From positions 62,001 through 126,000 of the forward strand of contig QPMI01000409.1 in assembly GCA_004431415.1 (NCBI GenBank): DNA of 64,000 nt, read 5' to 3'. Positions 1 to 12,193 of this stretch are shown here, piece by piece. The notes beneath the pieces are model-generated. The model saw nothing but the letters and a program-made list of their open reading frames with translations, was not told the origin of the DNA and made no database searches. The position numbers and the translations under genes are program-made. The stretch's first letter is position 1. Each line of letters opens with the position of its first letter. This DNA comes from Cyanophora paradoxa CCMP329. Lineage: Eukaryota > Plantae > Glaucophyta.

Positions 1-862
1 GCGTTTTGAAGAGAAGCGAAAGGAGCGTGAACAGGATCTTGGTCAGCTTTTGTGCATCTGGTTTTATAATATTCACCGCTTTGATGAATGCTGCAGCCCT
101 CATCAATGCTGTTCTGGAGCGTGAAAAGCTGGAGGAGGGCCGAGAAATGGAGAAGAAGGTGCGCCTGCTTTTCAAAATGAAGCCTTTCTACTCATCTCAT
201 GTTTCATGCAGAGGCAACTCAGAGAAGAGGCAATCGCCTTCCGGAAGTATCTCGAACAGCAGATGAAGCTGGAGGTTGAAGGCGAGGCGGAAATGAACCG
301 CCTTCTCCAGCTCGAGCAAGAGAAGGCCTGGCAGGTCGGCTCTAATGACTCACTGTCGCAAGGTGTACACATGTCTAAAATGGGGAGTAATTCGCAACAG
401 AAACGCCAAGCAGAGTGGGCTAAGGAAGAGGAGATGCGGAATCGCTTGATGCGGGAGGTTCTGGAGGAGCGCAAGCGGCAAATCGAGGAGAGGCGGGAGC
501 AGATTCGCCGTCGGCAGGAGGAGGCAGTACTTGAACGCCAGCTGCTAGAGGCTGAGGTCCAGCGGCTCTCGGCAGTGGAAGCTAGCAAGGAGGTCTTCGC
601 TAAACAGGGCCGGCTGGACAACCAGGCATTCATCGTTCAGCAGGTTCGATGCTTCATGCAGTTCCTGGGTCACCAAAATGCTAATTCATGTTCACTGCAG
701 ATTAAGGAACACGAGGATGAAAGGGCACGTCGCCGTGAGGAGGAATCCAGGGCAACTGAAGCAGTTGCCGCTGCTGAAGCTGCCTACCAAGCGAAGCTTG
801 CATTGGAGCTTCAGCGTGGTGCTCAGATGATTAGCTATGGCCGCCGGGCAACCCGCAGGTGA
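1..862 (+). CDS. Trichohyalin/plectin-homology coiled-coil ciliary protein, CFAP53/CCDC11-like; 3' part only, spliced
   Basis: Spliced peptide ...AIAFRKYLEQQM...EQEKAWQ|KRQAEWAKEEEMRNRLMREVLEERKRQI... shows the W..EE..R..LM..V...R..Q pattern of TPH-domain ciliary proteins. Four GT-AG introns; stop TGA 860-862. Confidence 0.65.
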
Positions 863-1316
863 TCCTGAGGCATTGTTCACACATGCTATGATCTAGTGCT
901 CTTTCTACGCTACGGGCGCGGCCGGACCTCCTACCTCAGCGCTTTAACTGTACCCGTGCTGTTTGGGTGAGAGCGTAACCCGCAGGGACTGGTGCCCTGA
1001 TGGAGAAAAGGGGATCGGAGCCTAGCGCTAGCTGGCTACGAACCGAGCAGGCGCTTCGCATCCACGCCTGTGCCGTAGCGGATGAAGATGCTCCTGCGAG
1101 TACGATTACGATTGCGATCGGGCGGCGCTGGGAGGGGCGAGCCGGCCCTAGGCCTAGACGGAAAATTATGCCGTGGCTAGGCCGTGTCGGGACTAGGCGG
1201 GGGGAGCAGCGATTGTGTATAGGCGTGTATAGACACAAGTGCTTGATGATCTAGTGCTTGAACCTGGTCCAGAACGTCTAGCTGGCTGGTCCACAACTCA
1301 AGTTGGGGTCTGCTGC

Positions 1317-1335
1317 TTAGGGTTAGGGTTAGGGT
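1317..1335 (+). repeat. Interstitial telomere-like repeat (TTAGGG)3
   Basis: ttagggttagggttagggt read directly. Confidence 0.85.
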
Positions 1336-1640
1336 ACACACAGATGGACACCTCATTTCTATCTCTAGCCATTTGTCTCGGTGTGTGCGAATTCATTATC
1401 TTCAAGTTGGGGTCTGCTGCTGGCCCAGTGCTGTGGGGGGCGGGGGGCGGGGGGGGGGGGGGGGGGGGGGGGTGTCTGCTGCTGGCCCAGTGCTGGGGGG
1501 GGGGGGGAAGAAGTTGCTCAACCAGAGCGAGTTCGCGCGCGCGAGAGTAGCTATAGCTAGTAGCTATAGGCAATCTCCGATAGCTCGTACCAATCTCCCT
1601 CCTATACTTGGATACGTCGATTTTGCACTTCGAGAAACAT

Positions 1641-1720
1641 ACACCAACACTTGGATACGCAACACCAACACTTGGATACGCAACACTTGTACGCGCTTGG
1701 ATACGCATTACTTGTACGCG
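1641..1720 (+). repeat. 21-bp tandem repeat (acaccaacacttggatacgca x2) plus degenerate copies, just upstream of RBBP5
   Basis: Exact units at 1641-1661 and 1662-1682; the core cttggatacg also occurs at about 1607 and 1696. Confidence 0.85.
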
Positions 1721-1760
1721 TTGGCGGAGGCGGCTCTGCGACGCGAAGGCTGGGAGGAAG

Positions 1761-3482
1761 ATGAACCTCGAGCTGCTGAGTGCGCGTTCCCGCCTTAGTG
1801 CGGCGAGACGTGAGCGCGCCCCGACGCGAGCGCGCATTCGCAGACCCATTCGATAGCGCGTACGATTTCCCCGAGGCGCGCAGTTCCAGCGTGCTTCCCG
1901 CAAGCGGCTCTGACCATGCGCAGATCATCGAAGAGTGCCTTGAAAACGGCTTTGCAACTACCTGCGCTTTCAACCGCAAGGGCACTTTGCTTGCTGTAGG
2001 CGCCTCCGACGGACGCTGCGTCATCTGGGACTTCGATACGAAAGGGGTGGCCCGTGTGTTGACACACGGCCACGCTCGCGCTGTGACCTCCGTGAGGTCC
2101 GCTGCGTGCACCTCTGCGCATACATGGTAGATCCGCTCATTGTTTCTGTAGTTGGTCGAAAGATGGCCGACGTCTTCTCTCGTCCGCGAATGACTGGAAG
2201 ATTATCATGTGGGACATTGTCACAGGCAACAAGGTCGTCACCTTGGACCTGGGAACTGTGGTCCTCTTTGCGCAGCTCCTCTATAGGAACGGGTATCTGC
2301 CTTCCTGCCAATCTGAGTAATTTCATCTGACATCGACAAGGAACTACTGGTGTGTGGCCTGTCCACTGCTATCGGCACCAGTTCTAATCAACTTGGATAA
2401 GCCGGATGAGAGATTCGTTCTCCCTACCTCGGAGGATGGCGACGCAGCAGGGCCGAGTGATGCATGTCTCCTAATTTGTTTGCTGTACACATAGTAAACT
2501 GATGTATTTGTGCAGAGTAAGAGCTCCAAAGGAGGCGCGACTGCGATAGCTGTCTTCAGCAAATCAGGAGATCGAATATACGTGGGAAATTCGAAAGGGG
2601 TGGTCTACATTGTCGATTCGTCCAGTCGGGAGGTGCTATCTTCTTTGTGCATGTTTTGTGACGATCATTTGACCAATTTTGCTGTGTCAATCAGGTGATA
2701 TCGTCTTTTAGAGTTCCAGGAAATGCGGCAATCAAGTCTATCTCTTTCGACAAGAAGGGCAAGTTTATTCTCCTGAATTCCAGTGACCGTGTTGTGCGCA
2801 TCTTCGATGCGGAAACGTACACCTGTATGCGAGAGTTTCAAGACTACGTGAACAAGATGCAGTGGAAGAAGTGCTGCTTCAGCGGGAATATGGATTACGT
2901 TATTGGAGGTGACTGGAAGCCCCATCATTCCAGTCCTGCCTATCTTAAAGTCCGCAGGGTCTGCACAGAAGCAAGAGCACAACATCTACATCTGGAACAC
3001 ATACGGGCAGCTCGTCAAAATCCTTGAGGGCCCCAAGGAAGGCATCATGGATCTTGTGGTTCGTTGCCGCTGGGATCTTTCATGTCACGTGCTTTCCTTG
3101 AACTTTTCCGTACATCAGTGGCACCCAACAAGGCCAGTAATCGCATCTTGTTCAACTTCTGGTGTTGTGTACATTTGGGCCAAGAACTACACGGAGAACT
3201 GGAGTGCTTTCGCTCCTGATTTCAAAGAGCTCGAAGAAAACGAGGAATATGAAGAGAAAGAGGATGAGTTCGATGTGGTGCGCTTATTTTGTGCAGCTTC
3301 CCCGATTTTTCTCCGAAGTGTCGTGCCGTGAACAGGTCCCCGAAAACGACAAAGCAAAGAAGAAGTTGGAGACCGAGGACGAGTTGGTTGACATCCTCGA
3401 GGTAGAACGCGACCCGGATGCTTCTGATGATGAGGACTTCTTGCTGAGCCTCCCCACACGGCCTGAGCGGGATGCTCGATAG
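1761..3482 (+). CDS. RBBP5: RBBP5/Swd1 WD40 subunit of the COMPASS H3K4 methyltransferase (multi-exon)
   Basis: MNLELL..PF..DFPE|IIEECLENGFATTCAFNRKGTLLAVGASDGRCVIWDFDT, QLVKILEGPKE, WHPTRPVIAS and ENWSAFAPDFKELEENEEYEEKEDEFD are diagnostic of RBBP5. Confidence 0.95.
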
Positions 3483-3865
3483 AAGTGATAGTGTTCAAAG
3501 AGTAGCCTACAACACTCACCCGAGCCCATGGCCACCTCCGGATCCCTGCAGCTGCAGCTGGCTGGCTGCGGCCGCGGGGTATACGTAATCCGCCTAGGCC
3601 TCCCGGTACGGAGCATTCGGACCCGGGTACGTATAGCTTTGGAGTGCAGTCTCTCCCAGCAGGCTAGCGCTAGCTACGGGCTGGCTACAGCTGAAACTCC
3701 TCCTCTAGCACTGCAAGCACTGCGCGACAACCTCGCCGACAACCGCCGAAGACAACAAGGCACGCCCTACTTAGCTAAACCTTGGTTAAGCGGTCTACGA
3801 CACGCTAGCGGCATCGAGAAGGCACGCCAGACTTCGTAGCTAAGCCTCCGGCGTCCGGCGGGACG

Positions 3866-6707
3866 ATGGCGGCAGCGGAGAAGGTGCCGCTGGACAAGGT
3901 GCAGTGTCGGAGGGTGCTCGAGAAGTCGTGAGTTCTACGTGCCGCGCCCGTCCCGGAAACCGCCCCCCTGACGCCCGATGCGCCCGCACAGCCCCCAGGA
4001 CAGGACTTTTCAAGAGGCGTGCTCTGAGTCGCCGCGCGGCCCCGACGACTAGCTCTGACGGAGCCTACCGCAGATCCTCATCATCTTGGAACTCCTGGAG
4101 GGCGTCCGTGCCTTCCAAAACATCCCGCGGGACCAGAAGGCCGAGCTGTGCAGGCAGGTGAAGTACCAGAAGTACCCCGCGGGCGCCACGGGTGCGCCGG
4201 ACCACCCCACGGTTGGCCTGGCCGAGCCGCGGTCTCATTCTCGCCCGCAGTTTTTAGTCAAGGGGACGTGGGCAGCGCCTTCTTCATCGTCTTCTCCGGC
4301 TTTCTCGACGTGCTGGTGACGAATGACAAGGGGATCACGAGCACCGTCTCGCACCTCACCGAGGGCGCCACGTTCGGTGCCTGGCCTCCCTCCCTCCTCC
4401 CTTACTCCCCGCCCCTGCTCGGCACTCTCAAAGCTTCGGTGGGGACAGGCGAGGTCGCGCTCACGCAGACGACGACCCGCACGGTGCGCCGCCTCTCCCC
4501 CCCCCCCCCCCCCCCCCCCCCTCCCTCCTCCCTCATCCCCTCCCAGCAGCGAGACTCTCTATCGCCCGCTGACTTCTGCCCCGCCCGCCCCCTATGCAGG
4601 CCTCGATCATCGCGAAGAACGACACGGAGCTGCTCGCGATCGAGAAGCGGGACTACGACGCCATCCTCAAGAGCCCCCTCGCCCACGAGCTCAAGGAGAA
4701 GCTCGAGTTCCTGCGCCGCGTCCCCGTCTTCCAGGTGCGCCCCGCCCCGACCCCGCCACCCCAGCTTCCTCCGCCGCTAGCATTGGCTGGAGATCCCCCC
4801 GCCTCGCCGAGGCTTGGCCTCCGCTTCGAGGCTCTTTTCTGAGCTTGCTTGGTTCAGGGTTCCCGGGCGCTGCCTCTCAGCTAGCATATAGTTCTGGCGG
4901 GCCTCTCGCCTAGCTTGAGCCCCTCCGTGTGGAGCTGACGGGAGGCGCCGCGCCGGGCCGCCGCGCCGCAGAGGGCCCAGTCGGCGATGGAGCTGCACTC
5001 CCTCACGTACGTCATGAACCTGCGCACGTACCCCCGCAACGCCGTCATCATCCGCGAGGCGCGTCGGCCCCACGCCCCTGCCCTCTCCAAACTGCGAATC
5101 GTACTTCATTCCCCTAAACTCGATTATCCCCTAAACTTAATTATCGTGGGCACATCGACGCGCCCCCTTGAGGCGGGCCCCTGAAGCGGGCTGGCGGCCA
5201 GGGCGAGGATGCGGACGCGATCTTCTTCGTGAAAAGCGGGGAGCTCGCCATCATCAAGCGCCTCGCCATCTCCACGGGGCGCTCCACCCCGGACTCCCGC
5301 GCTCCCGAGTTCCCGGGTGCGCCCCCGCGCCGCCTTCCCCGCCCCCCTCCCGACTTGTACCCCTTGAACGTTCTCGCTCGACAGATCCATGGGAGGTGCC
5401 CCGCCCCGGAGAGCCCGTGCGCTCCTTCTGCTTCGCTCGCGCCTCCGCTCGACCCGAGGGGCGCGCCGCGCAGGGGTACAAGGACCCGACAGCGGGGCGG
5501 CGGGCGCCCGTGGAGACGCCCCTCGCGGTGCGCCCCCGCGGGACCGCGCGAGGCTCACGAACGCCGGCGGTGTTTCTTAGCGTCCGTCCTGCACGCTCAA
5601 GCTTGAACCGGAGCGGGATTTTACTACTAAACTAGATCCCGGGGCTGTCGGGGCTGTGTCTAGTTTCGTTTAGCCAGCTGACCTCCAGCGGCAGGCGCCG
5701 CGCTCGCTGGAGGCGCGCAGGGCGCAGGCGGTGCTGCACGCGGGGGCGCCCCGCGGCCGCCGCCTCGCCACGGCGCGGCAGCGCATGGAGGCCCTCGTGC
5801 GCGACACGGGCGCCCGGCCCTTCGCCGCCCCCGAGGGGCCCGCCCCCGTCTCCCTGCCCCCGCTCCCCCTCTCCACCCTCCCCTCCAGCAGCCCTGCCCG
5901 TGCGCCGCGCTGCGAGCAGCCAGCGGTCCCTCCCACCCGCTCGCCGGCCTAACGCTCTCGGTCCCGCCAGGGCGCCCCCTGGAACCCCTCTCTGCGCGGG
6001 TCGAGCCGAGCGCTCCCCAGGAGCCCCTCCCCGCCGGCTCGCAAACCAGCCGCCCGCATGCCTCCAGCGACGCGCTCCACTCCAGCCACGTGCGCGGAGA
6101 CCGTGGCGAGTGGCTTGCAACGGCTGACAGTCTGCCCGCCCCTTCGCGCAGGGCGCCCACCACAAGAAGAGGCAACCGGGCGCCCACCCGCCCTCGGCAC
6201 CAAAGGCGAGCGGCCACCGCACCCCGCCCCGCCCCGCCCCGCCCCGCCCGCCCCGCGTTCAGGCCGCACCGCCCGCGCTGCTCTGACGCGCCCGCGGGGG
6301 GCGCAGGAGGTGCGGTTCGTGGAGATCGGGTGCCTGGCGGCGTACGACTGCTTCGGGGAGGTCGGGATCCTCCAGAAGGCGCAGCGGAGCACGACGATCA
6401 TAGCGCGGAGTCCCGTGGAGGTCTACGTGATGACCAAATGGGACTTCCTAAGGCGCGCCTCCAAGCAGATTCTGAACGCCATGCGCGCCGGCATTTCCAA
6501 GTACCCCGGCGATGAGGAACTCATCTCCGCCTTCTACGAGTGCGCTTGTTGTTTTTGGGGTGGGCGCCGGCCCCCGGAATGCGGGCGCTGATGGGCCGGG
6601 GTGCGCGGCGCAGGGACCAGCACTGGCGGGTCTTCAAGCGGGACCTGATCGCTCAGATCCAGCTCGAGAGGAAGGCCTCGCGCCCGCCGGGGCAGTCCCA
6701 CACATAG
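3866..6707 (+). CDS. Tandem cyclic-nucleotide-binding domain protein (CNBD-type), multi-exon
   Basis: First cNMP domain: VFSQGDVGSAFFIVFSG...GATFGEVAL...RTASIIAK. Second: IIREGEDADAIFFVKSGE...CFGEVGILQKAQRSTTIIARSPVEVYVMTKWDF. Stop TAG 6705-6707. Confidence 0.8.
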
Positions 6708-6881
6708 GCCTCTCTCTGTCCGAGCTTTTTTTCCGTCTGTGCTCTGCTTCTAAGCGGGGCAGCGCTTGTGTGTAGATTTGATGTGACTCTGTGAAAACGC
6801 GCTTCTCTTTTCTGTTATTCGTTTCGCGCGGTTGCGCTGCCTAAGGACACTCCCTGGCACTGCCTAATGCGAGCCGCGGGG

Positions 6882-9800
6882 CTACTTTGGGCGCTTGAAG
6901 ACGATGCGGGTGTCGCCGCCCTCCTTGCGGGATCCGCCCTCCTGCATCTCCTTGCGCTTCGACACGATGACGATTTTCTGCACGACGGGAGAGAGCGTGC
7001 GCGTGAGCAGACGAAGAAGCGGGTGAGGAAGAAGGGAGCGAGGCGGGCGTACGCGGGTGGCGAGGGAGGTGCGGGCGGCGGCGAGGGCGTGGAGCTCGGG
7101 GAGGGAGAGAGGGGTGGCGAAGGCGGGCGGGACGCGCTCCGGGATGAGGAGGGCCTCGAGGGCGGCGAGGGCGTCGATGGCGGCCTGGCGCACGCGGGCC
7201 TCGGCGGCGGCGGGGCCGCCCCCGACGCAGTAGACGACGAGGCGCTCGGCGAACTGCGCGAGGGCCTCGGGCCCGAGGCGCGGGAAGAGGACGGAGGCGG
7301 CCGTCTGGCGCTCGAGGAACTCGCGCTCGCAGCGGAGGGCGCGGAGGACGGCGAGGCGGAGGCCGAAGCAGGCGCCGGCGCGCTGGAGGGCGGCGGGGCG
7401 GTCCTTCTTGGAGGCCCCCGCCCCCCCGTCTACCAGGTCCATGATGGCCGCCAGCACGCGCCCCGCCCGCGCGCACGCCGCCGGCCTGCCGCGCAGGCGG
7501 CGGCGTGAGTGAGCGCGGCGCAGAGGGATCGAGGCGCGGTCGCTCACTTGGAGGCGGGCTTGGCGTCGGAGGCGAGGAGGCTGTCGGCGGTGACGCGGAG
7601 GAGGGCGGCGACGGCGGCGGCGCGGACGCTGTTGGCGTGCTGCGAGGCGAGGTACGCGAAGAAGTTCTCCTCCTTAAAGTCCACCTTCCCCGCCTCCAGC
7701 CGCGCGAAGACCTGCCGGGGGGGGGGGGGGCTCAGGCGGCTCAGGCGGGGCGGGAGGCCGGGCGAGGAGCGGGGCGGGCCTGCAGGCAGGCGCAGATGAC
7801 GACGTTCCAGGGGGAGGGCAGGTCGAAGGCGCGCGTGACGAAGCGCTTTGCTGTCTGCGGGGCGGGGTGAGGCGGGGGGAAGAAGCTTTGCGGGGAGAGA
7901 CCTCCGCTGCTCCTCCACGCCTCTTCTGAGCGCGGGGGCGGGGGCGGGGGCGGGGCGGACCTGGAGGACGCGGGAGCGAAGGGCCTCGCGGGGGTCCTTC
8001 TTGCCGTCGGCCTGGCCGGGGGCGAGGGCGGGGGGGATGCCGCAGGCGGCGAGGGCGCCCAGGGCCGCCGCCACGAGGAACGAGTCGTCCTCCTCGTTCG
8101 CCGAGTTGTCGATCCCCTGGGGGAGGCGCTGAGAGGGAGGGAGCAAGGGCTCGGAGACGGGGGACCTTGAGGAAGGTGGTGGTGAGGAGGTCCATGGGGT
8201 CCGCAAGGGTCGTCCCGTCCGCGTGGCGGGCGTGCGGGAGGGCCGCCAGCACGCCCTTCAGCGCGAAGTACTCCGTCAGCGGGCTGAACTTGACCGGCGC
8301 CACGAACCCCGACTCCTTCTCGATGAAGTGCCGCCTGCGCGCGCGCGAGCTCGGCATGCGCGCGCGCTGCCGGCTCGCCGCGCCCCTCGGGCGGCGGCGG
8401 GGGCCGGCCCGCCTCACCTGAAGTAGCGCTGGAGGTACGAGACGCCGACGAAGCCGTTCTCCTCGCGGGACATGGCGGCGAGGGCGGCGGCGGCGGCGGC
8501 GCGGACGCCGTGGAAGAGCCACTGCGCCTGCACCGCCTCGTGCAGCGTCTGCACCGCCGTCGTCGTCGCCGCCTGCTGCAGCCCCGCGATCGCCTGCGGG
8601 GGAGTAGAAGTTCAGGAAGAGGCGGGAAGGGAAGGGAAGGGAGGAGTGTTTGGGTGGGCGCACGGCGAGCTGGGAGGCGACGTCGTTGTCGCGCTTGAGC
8701 TGGAGGCGCCAGGCGCGCTCGACCTGGTTCACGGTCGCCTTGACGATGCTCTCGCCCGCCGGGTCCACCCGCACGAAGTAGACCCCGCTCGACGAGCTGC
8801 CGAAGTGGACCCGGGTCGGCGCGCAACGCGGGGCGGGCGAGGGAGCAGCGAGCGGGCGCACGGCTCGCTCTGCCCGTCCCCTTCCGTCTCCTTCTCGTCG
8901 GGGCCGTCGGGGCCGGCGCCGGCGTCGGGCTCCCCGGCCTTGTGCTTGCGCTGCCGCCGCCGCGGCTGGAACTTGGTCTGCACGGGCAGCTCGAAGCTCT
9001 GGATCTCGTCCAGCTCCCGGATGTTGATCGCGTGCTGCCGCCGGCCCTCACGGACGCGCCCAAAGTACGCGACGAAAGACGAAGTGCACCTCGAAGTTGC
9101 CGGAGCTCTCGTAGATGCGGACGGTGAGGGTGGCGCGGAAGCGCGCGCGGGGCTTGACGAGGAGCATGACGGAGTGGCGCTTGCGGTTGTAGACGTAGCC
9201 GCAGGTCATCTCGGGGGCCTCGGCGCGCGCCGCCCAGCCCTCCACCGCCTTCTTCATGTCCATCCCCGTGCACTTCTTGATGGCCCGCACCAGCGCCCGC
9301 GCGCTCTGCTGGCCCCCGTGCGACGCGCCGGCCGAGGCGGAGGCGGAGGCGGAGGGCCCCGGCTGCCCGTCGGTGCCGAGCAGGCGCCGGACGACGGCCT
9401 TGAAGGCGTCGAAGCCGAGGCGGGCCTCGATGCAGCGGAGGACGAGGGCGGCCTTGGGGCCGTGCAGGTCGGCGGCGGCCGTCAGGGGGTCCGAGGCGGG
9501 GTCGCTGAGGACGTGCGGCCGCTCCAGCACGGCGGAGCGCTCCTGGGCGAGCGCGAAGGCGACGTGGTTGCGCCCCAGGATCGCCGCCACGCACGTGTCC
9601 CCGACCACGCGGCGCAGGCCCGCCGCCACCCACTCCTCCCGCCACGAGGGGGCCCCCGTGAGCGGCACCAGCGCCGCGCCGGCGAGCGCCCGCGGGAGCT
9701 CCTCGCGGAGCGCGATGCTCGTCTCCACGCCGGGGGTCAGGAGCGTGGCGCTGCGGCCGCGGCGTGGGCGGCGGGGCGGGCGGCGGCTGGGCGGGCGGGA

Positions 9801-11174
9801 GGGGGGCGCGCTCACTCGAGGAGGCAGACGGAGAGGCCGGAGACGCGGAGGCCCTCGACGGGGAGGAAGACCGCCGAGAGCGCGTTCGCCGGCTTCACCC
9901 CCGCGTACTCTGCGCCCGCCCGGCCGGCGTCAGGCGCAGCCCGGCGCGGCGCGGCGCGCGGGAGGAGAGGGGCCGTTCGGACCGGAGAGGACCTGGAGGG
10001 TCTGCGGGGCGGGCGCGCCGGCGGGTCAGGAGCGGGCGGAAGCGAGGCGGGCCGGGGCGGGGGGCGCACGGCAGAGGCGACGGGGAGGGCGGCGGGGAGG
10101 AGCGGGGCGGAGTCGACGGGGGCGCGGAGGCGGAGGGCCGGGGCGGCGGAGTCGGCGTGCTCGGCGAAGGGACCGGCGGCGAGGACGAGCTCGCTCGCGG
10201 CGACGCTCTCGCGGACGTCGAGGGACCAGAGGGCGAGGGGGCCGGCGCGCCGCTGCAGGTTCGGGGGCGAGGGGGCGACGAGGGAGGCGGAGGCGGGGAG
10301 GGCGATCTCGAGGTGCCAGGGGTGCCGCGCCTCCACCCGCTCCACGCACGGCATCCACAGGCTCGCGTTCCCGAACTCCCCGTCCGTGAACAGGACTGCC
10401 GCGCCGCCTCGCCGGGGCGGGGCGGGGCGGGGCGGGGCGGGGCGGGGCGGGCGCAGAGGCGCACATGTGGTGGATGCGGGCGTGTTGGCGGAGGCGCGGG
10501 AGCCGCGCAGGCGGTCGACGAAGAAGATGCCGCCCGGCGGCCGCACCGACTCGAAGTACACGCGCACGGTCACAGTCGCCTCCAGCGGGGGCCCAGAGGA
10601 GCCCGTGCCCGCCTGCCTCGTTGCGTCAGCGGGACGAGGGACCCGGCGGCACGTCGGGACGGACCGAGAGCGCCGATGCGACCCGCGAGATGCTCGCGGC
10701 GGGGAGCTGGACGCAGACCTCGCCCTCGGAGGCGGCTTGCACAGCCGCCGCGAATCCAGCTTGAATCTTGGATGCATTTAGCTCGCCCAACGTGTCGGCG
10801 TCTGTCGGGAAGAGCGGCCTGTCCAGCGGGCTGTCAAGCGAGTACTCCGCTTGCGCCCCATCGACTTGGACCGTGATGATGCCTGCAGAGTCGATATGAG
10901 CGAGCAGAGGATGCACTGCAGCTAACGTAGAGCGCACGGCACGAGGAGCGAGCGTTCAGGTTGACCGCCTCGACAGGCTGCGTGAGGGCGAACTTGATGT
11001 CTGCGTAGCCGGCGACGCGGCGCTGTACGATATCGAACTCGGCGTGAAGCGCCTCGTGCAGCCTGCGGGCGGAAGGCGGTCGGGCCGCAGCGCCGCATGG
11101 GACGAGGACGGTTCTTACACTCGGCAGGAGGCGAGCACGGGCTGGTCGGCCGCCTCGCCGGCAACCCCGGCCAT
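6882..11174 (-). CDS. TAF2: TFIID subunit TAF2 (aminopeptidase-like fold), multi-exon
   Basis: VEAVNLNARSSCRIITVQV, ASLWMPCVERVEARHPWHLEI, HGPKAALVLRCIEARLG, RVDPAGE...WRLQLKRDNDVASQ and EYFALKG match TAF2 blocks. Confidence 0.85.
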
Positions 11175-11370
11175 GCCCCGCGTGCCGTCGGCACGGCGAT
11201 TTCGCCACCAAGCTTCAGGCGGTGGTGCTCGTCGCTGAGCGTACCCGTGCGATTTCGAGCTCAAGCCCCGCAGCAAGCCCGCAGCGCCTGCCGGGGGGGC
11301 AAGCTTCCTATCCTCGTCGTAGTTGCGCGGATCGCGCGCGCTGCCGCCGCCGCGCCGCTCCAGCGCCATC

Positions 11371-12102
11371 ATGCCGAGCGTGCCGCCGCCAACGCCCTGG
11401 GCGCACTTCACGGAGTACATGCGCCAGGCATTCGGAACGGAACCGCCGTCTCTAGAGACTCCGCATGAGTTCCGGCAGGTGCGCGGGCGCGCCGACACCG
11501 CTAGCGCTCCCGTCTTGAGCGACGGCGCGCCCCGAGCGGGAGCGCACTGCTGCAAGGGCGCGCATCAAAGCAGAGCCCGTGCAGGTCGGCTACGCGACGG
11601 CGGCGGCAGCGGCCGCTGGGGTCATCATCGGCTCGGCGCGCGGCAGTCGGCAGGCGTCCGACCTGGCGAGCGGGATGCCGCGCTCGAGGCAGGTGTTCTA
11701 TCAGATGATGGCGGCGAGTTTCGGCCAGGCTGGCTCCCTGGGACTGCGCCTCGGCGGCTACGCTGGCATCTTCAGCGCGGCGGAGGTCATGCTGGCGATG
11801 CACAGGCAAACGCGGGATCCCCTGAACTCTGCGGCTGCTGGTTTCGCGTCCGGCGCATTCATCGGCATCACTCGAGGTCAGCGCCTCTAATTTATCGGCG
11901 CGAACAGAGTCCGTAGCTTCAGCCTCTAATCTGTGTGTGCCCCGCAGGGTCGAGAGAGTCCGCCAAGATCGCTGCCGTGGGCACTGCCCTTGGGGGTCTT
12001 CTCGGTTGCGTCAAGTGGGGCCTTGAAAAGCTAGACGAGTCTCTCCCCGAAGAAACCTCCCCTGGATCCCCATCATCCCCTGTAACAGAAGGAAAAAAGT
12101 AA
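11371..12102 (+). CDS. Tim17/Tim22/Tim23-family membrane protein
   Basis: GLRLGGYAGIFSAAEVMLAMHRQTRDPLNSAAAGFASGAFIG is the Tim17-family R...D..N...AG..SGA signature; two introns. Confidence 0.8.
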
Positions 12103-12193
12103 TGCAGTACACATCCCCGAGCTCAAAACGTTCAAGCTTCAAGTCTCGTTTTCTTATATCCTGAACTAACTGCCTGTCCTGGTGCTCAACTTC

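Noticed and set aside
1641-1720. Possible CRISPR array
   Set aside because: Units are adjacent with no unique spacers, the context is eukaryotic and there are no cas genes.
8472-10781. Long ORFs such as the 769-aa ORF at 8472-10781 (+), 18546-19883 (+) and 22173-23807 (+)
   Set aside because: Antisense shadows of TAF2, AK-HSDH and UPL3. Stops are rare at this GC content, and the translations are low-complexity with no motifs.
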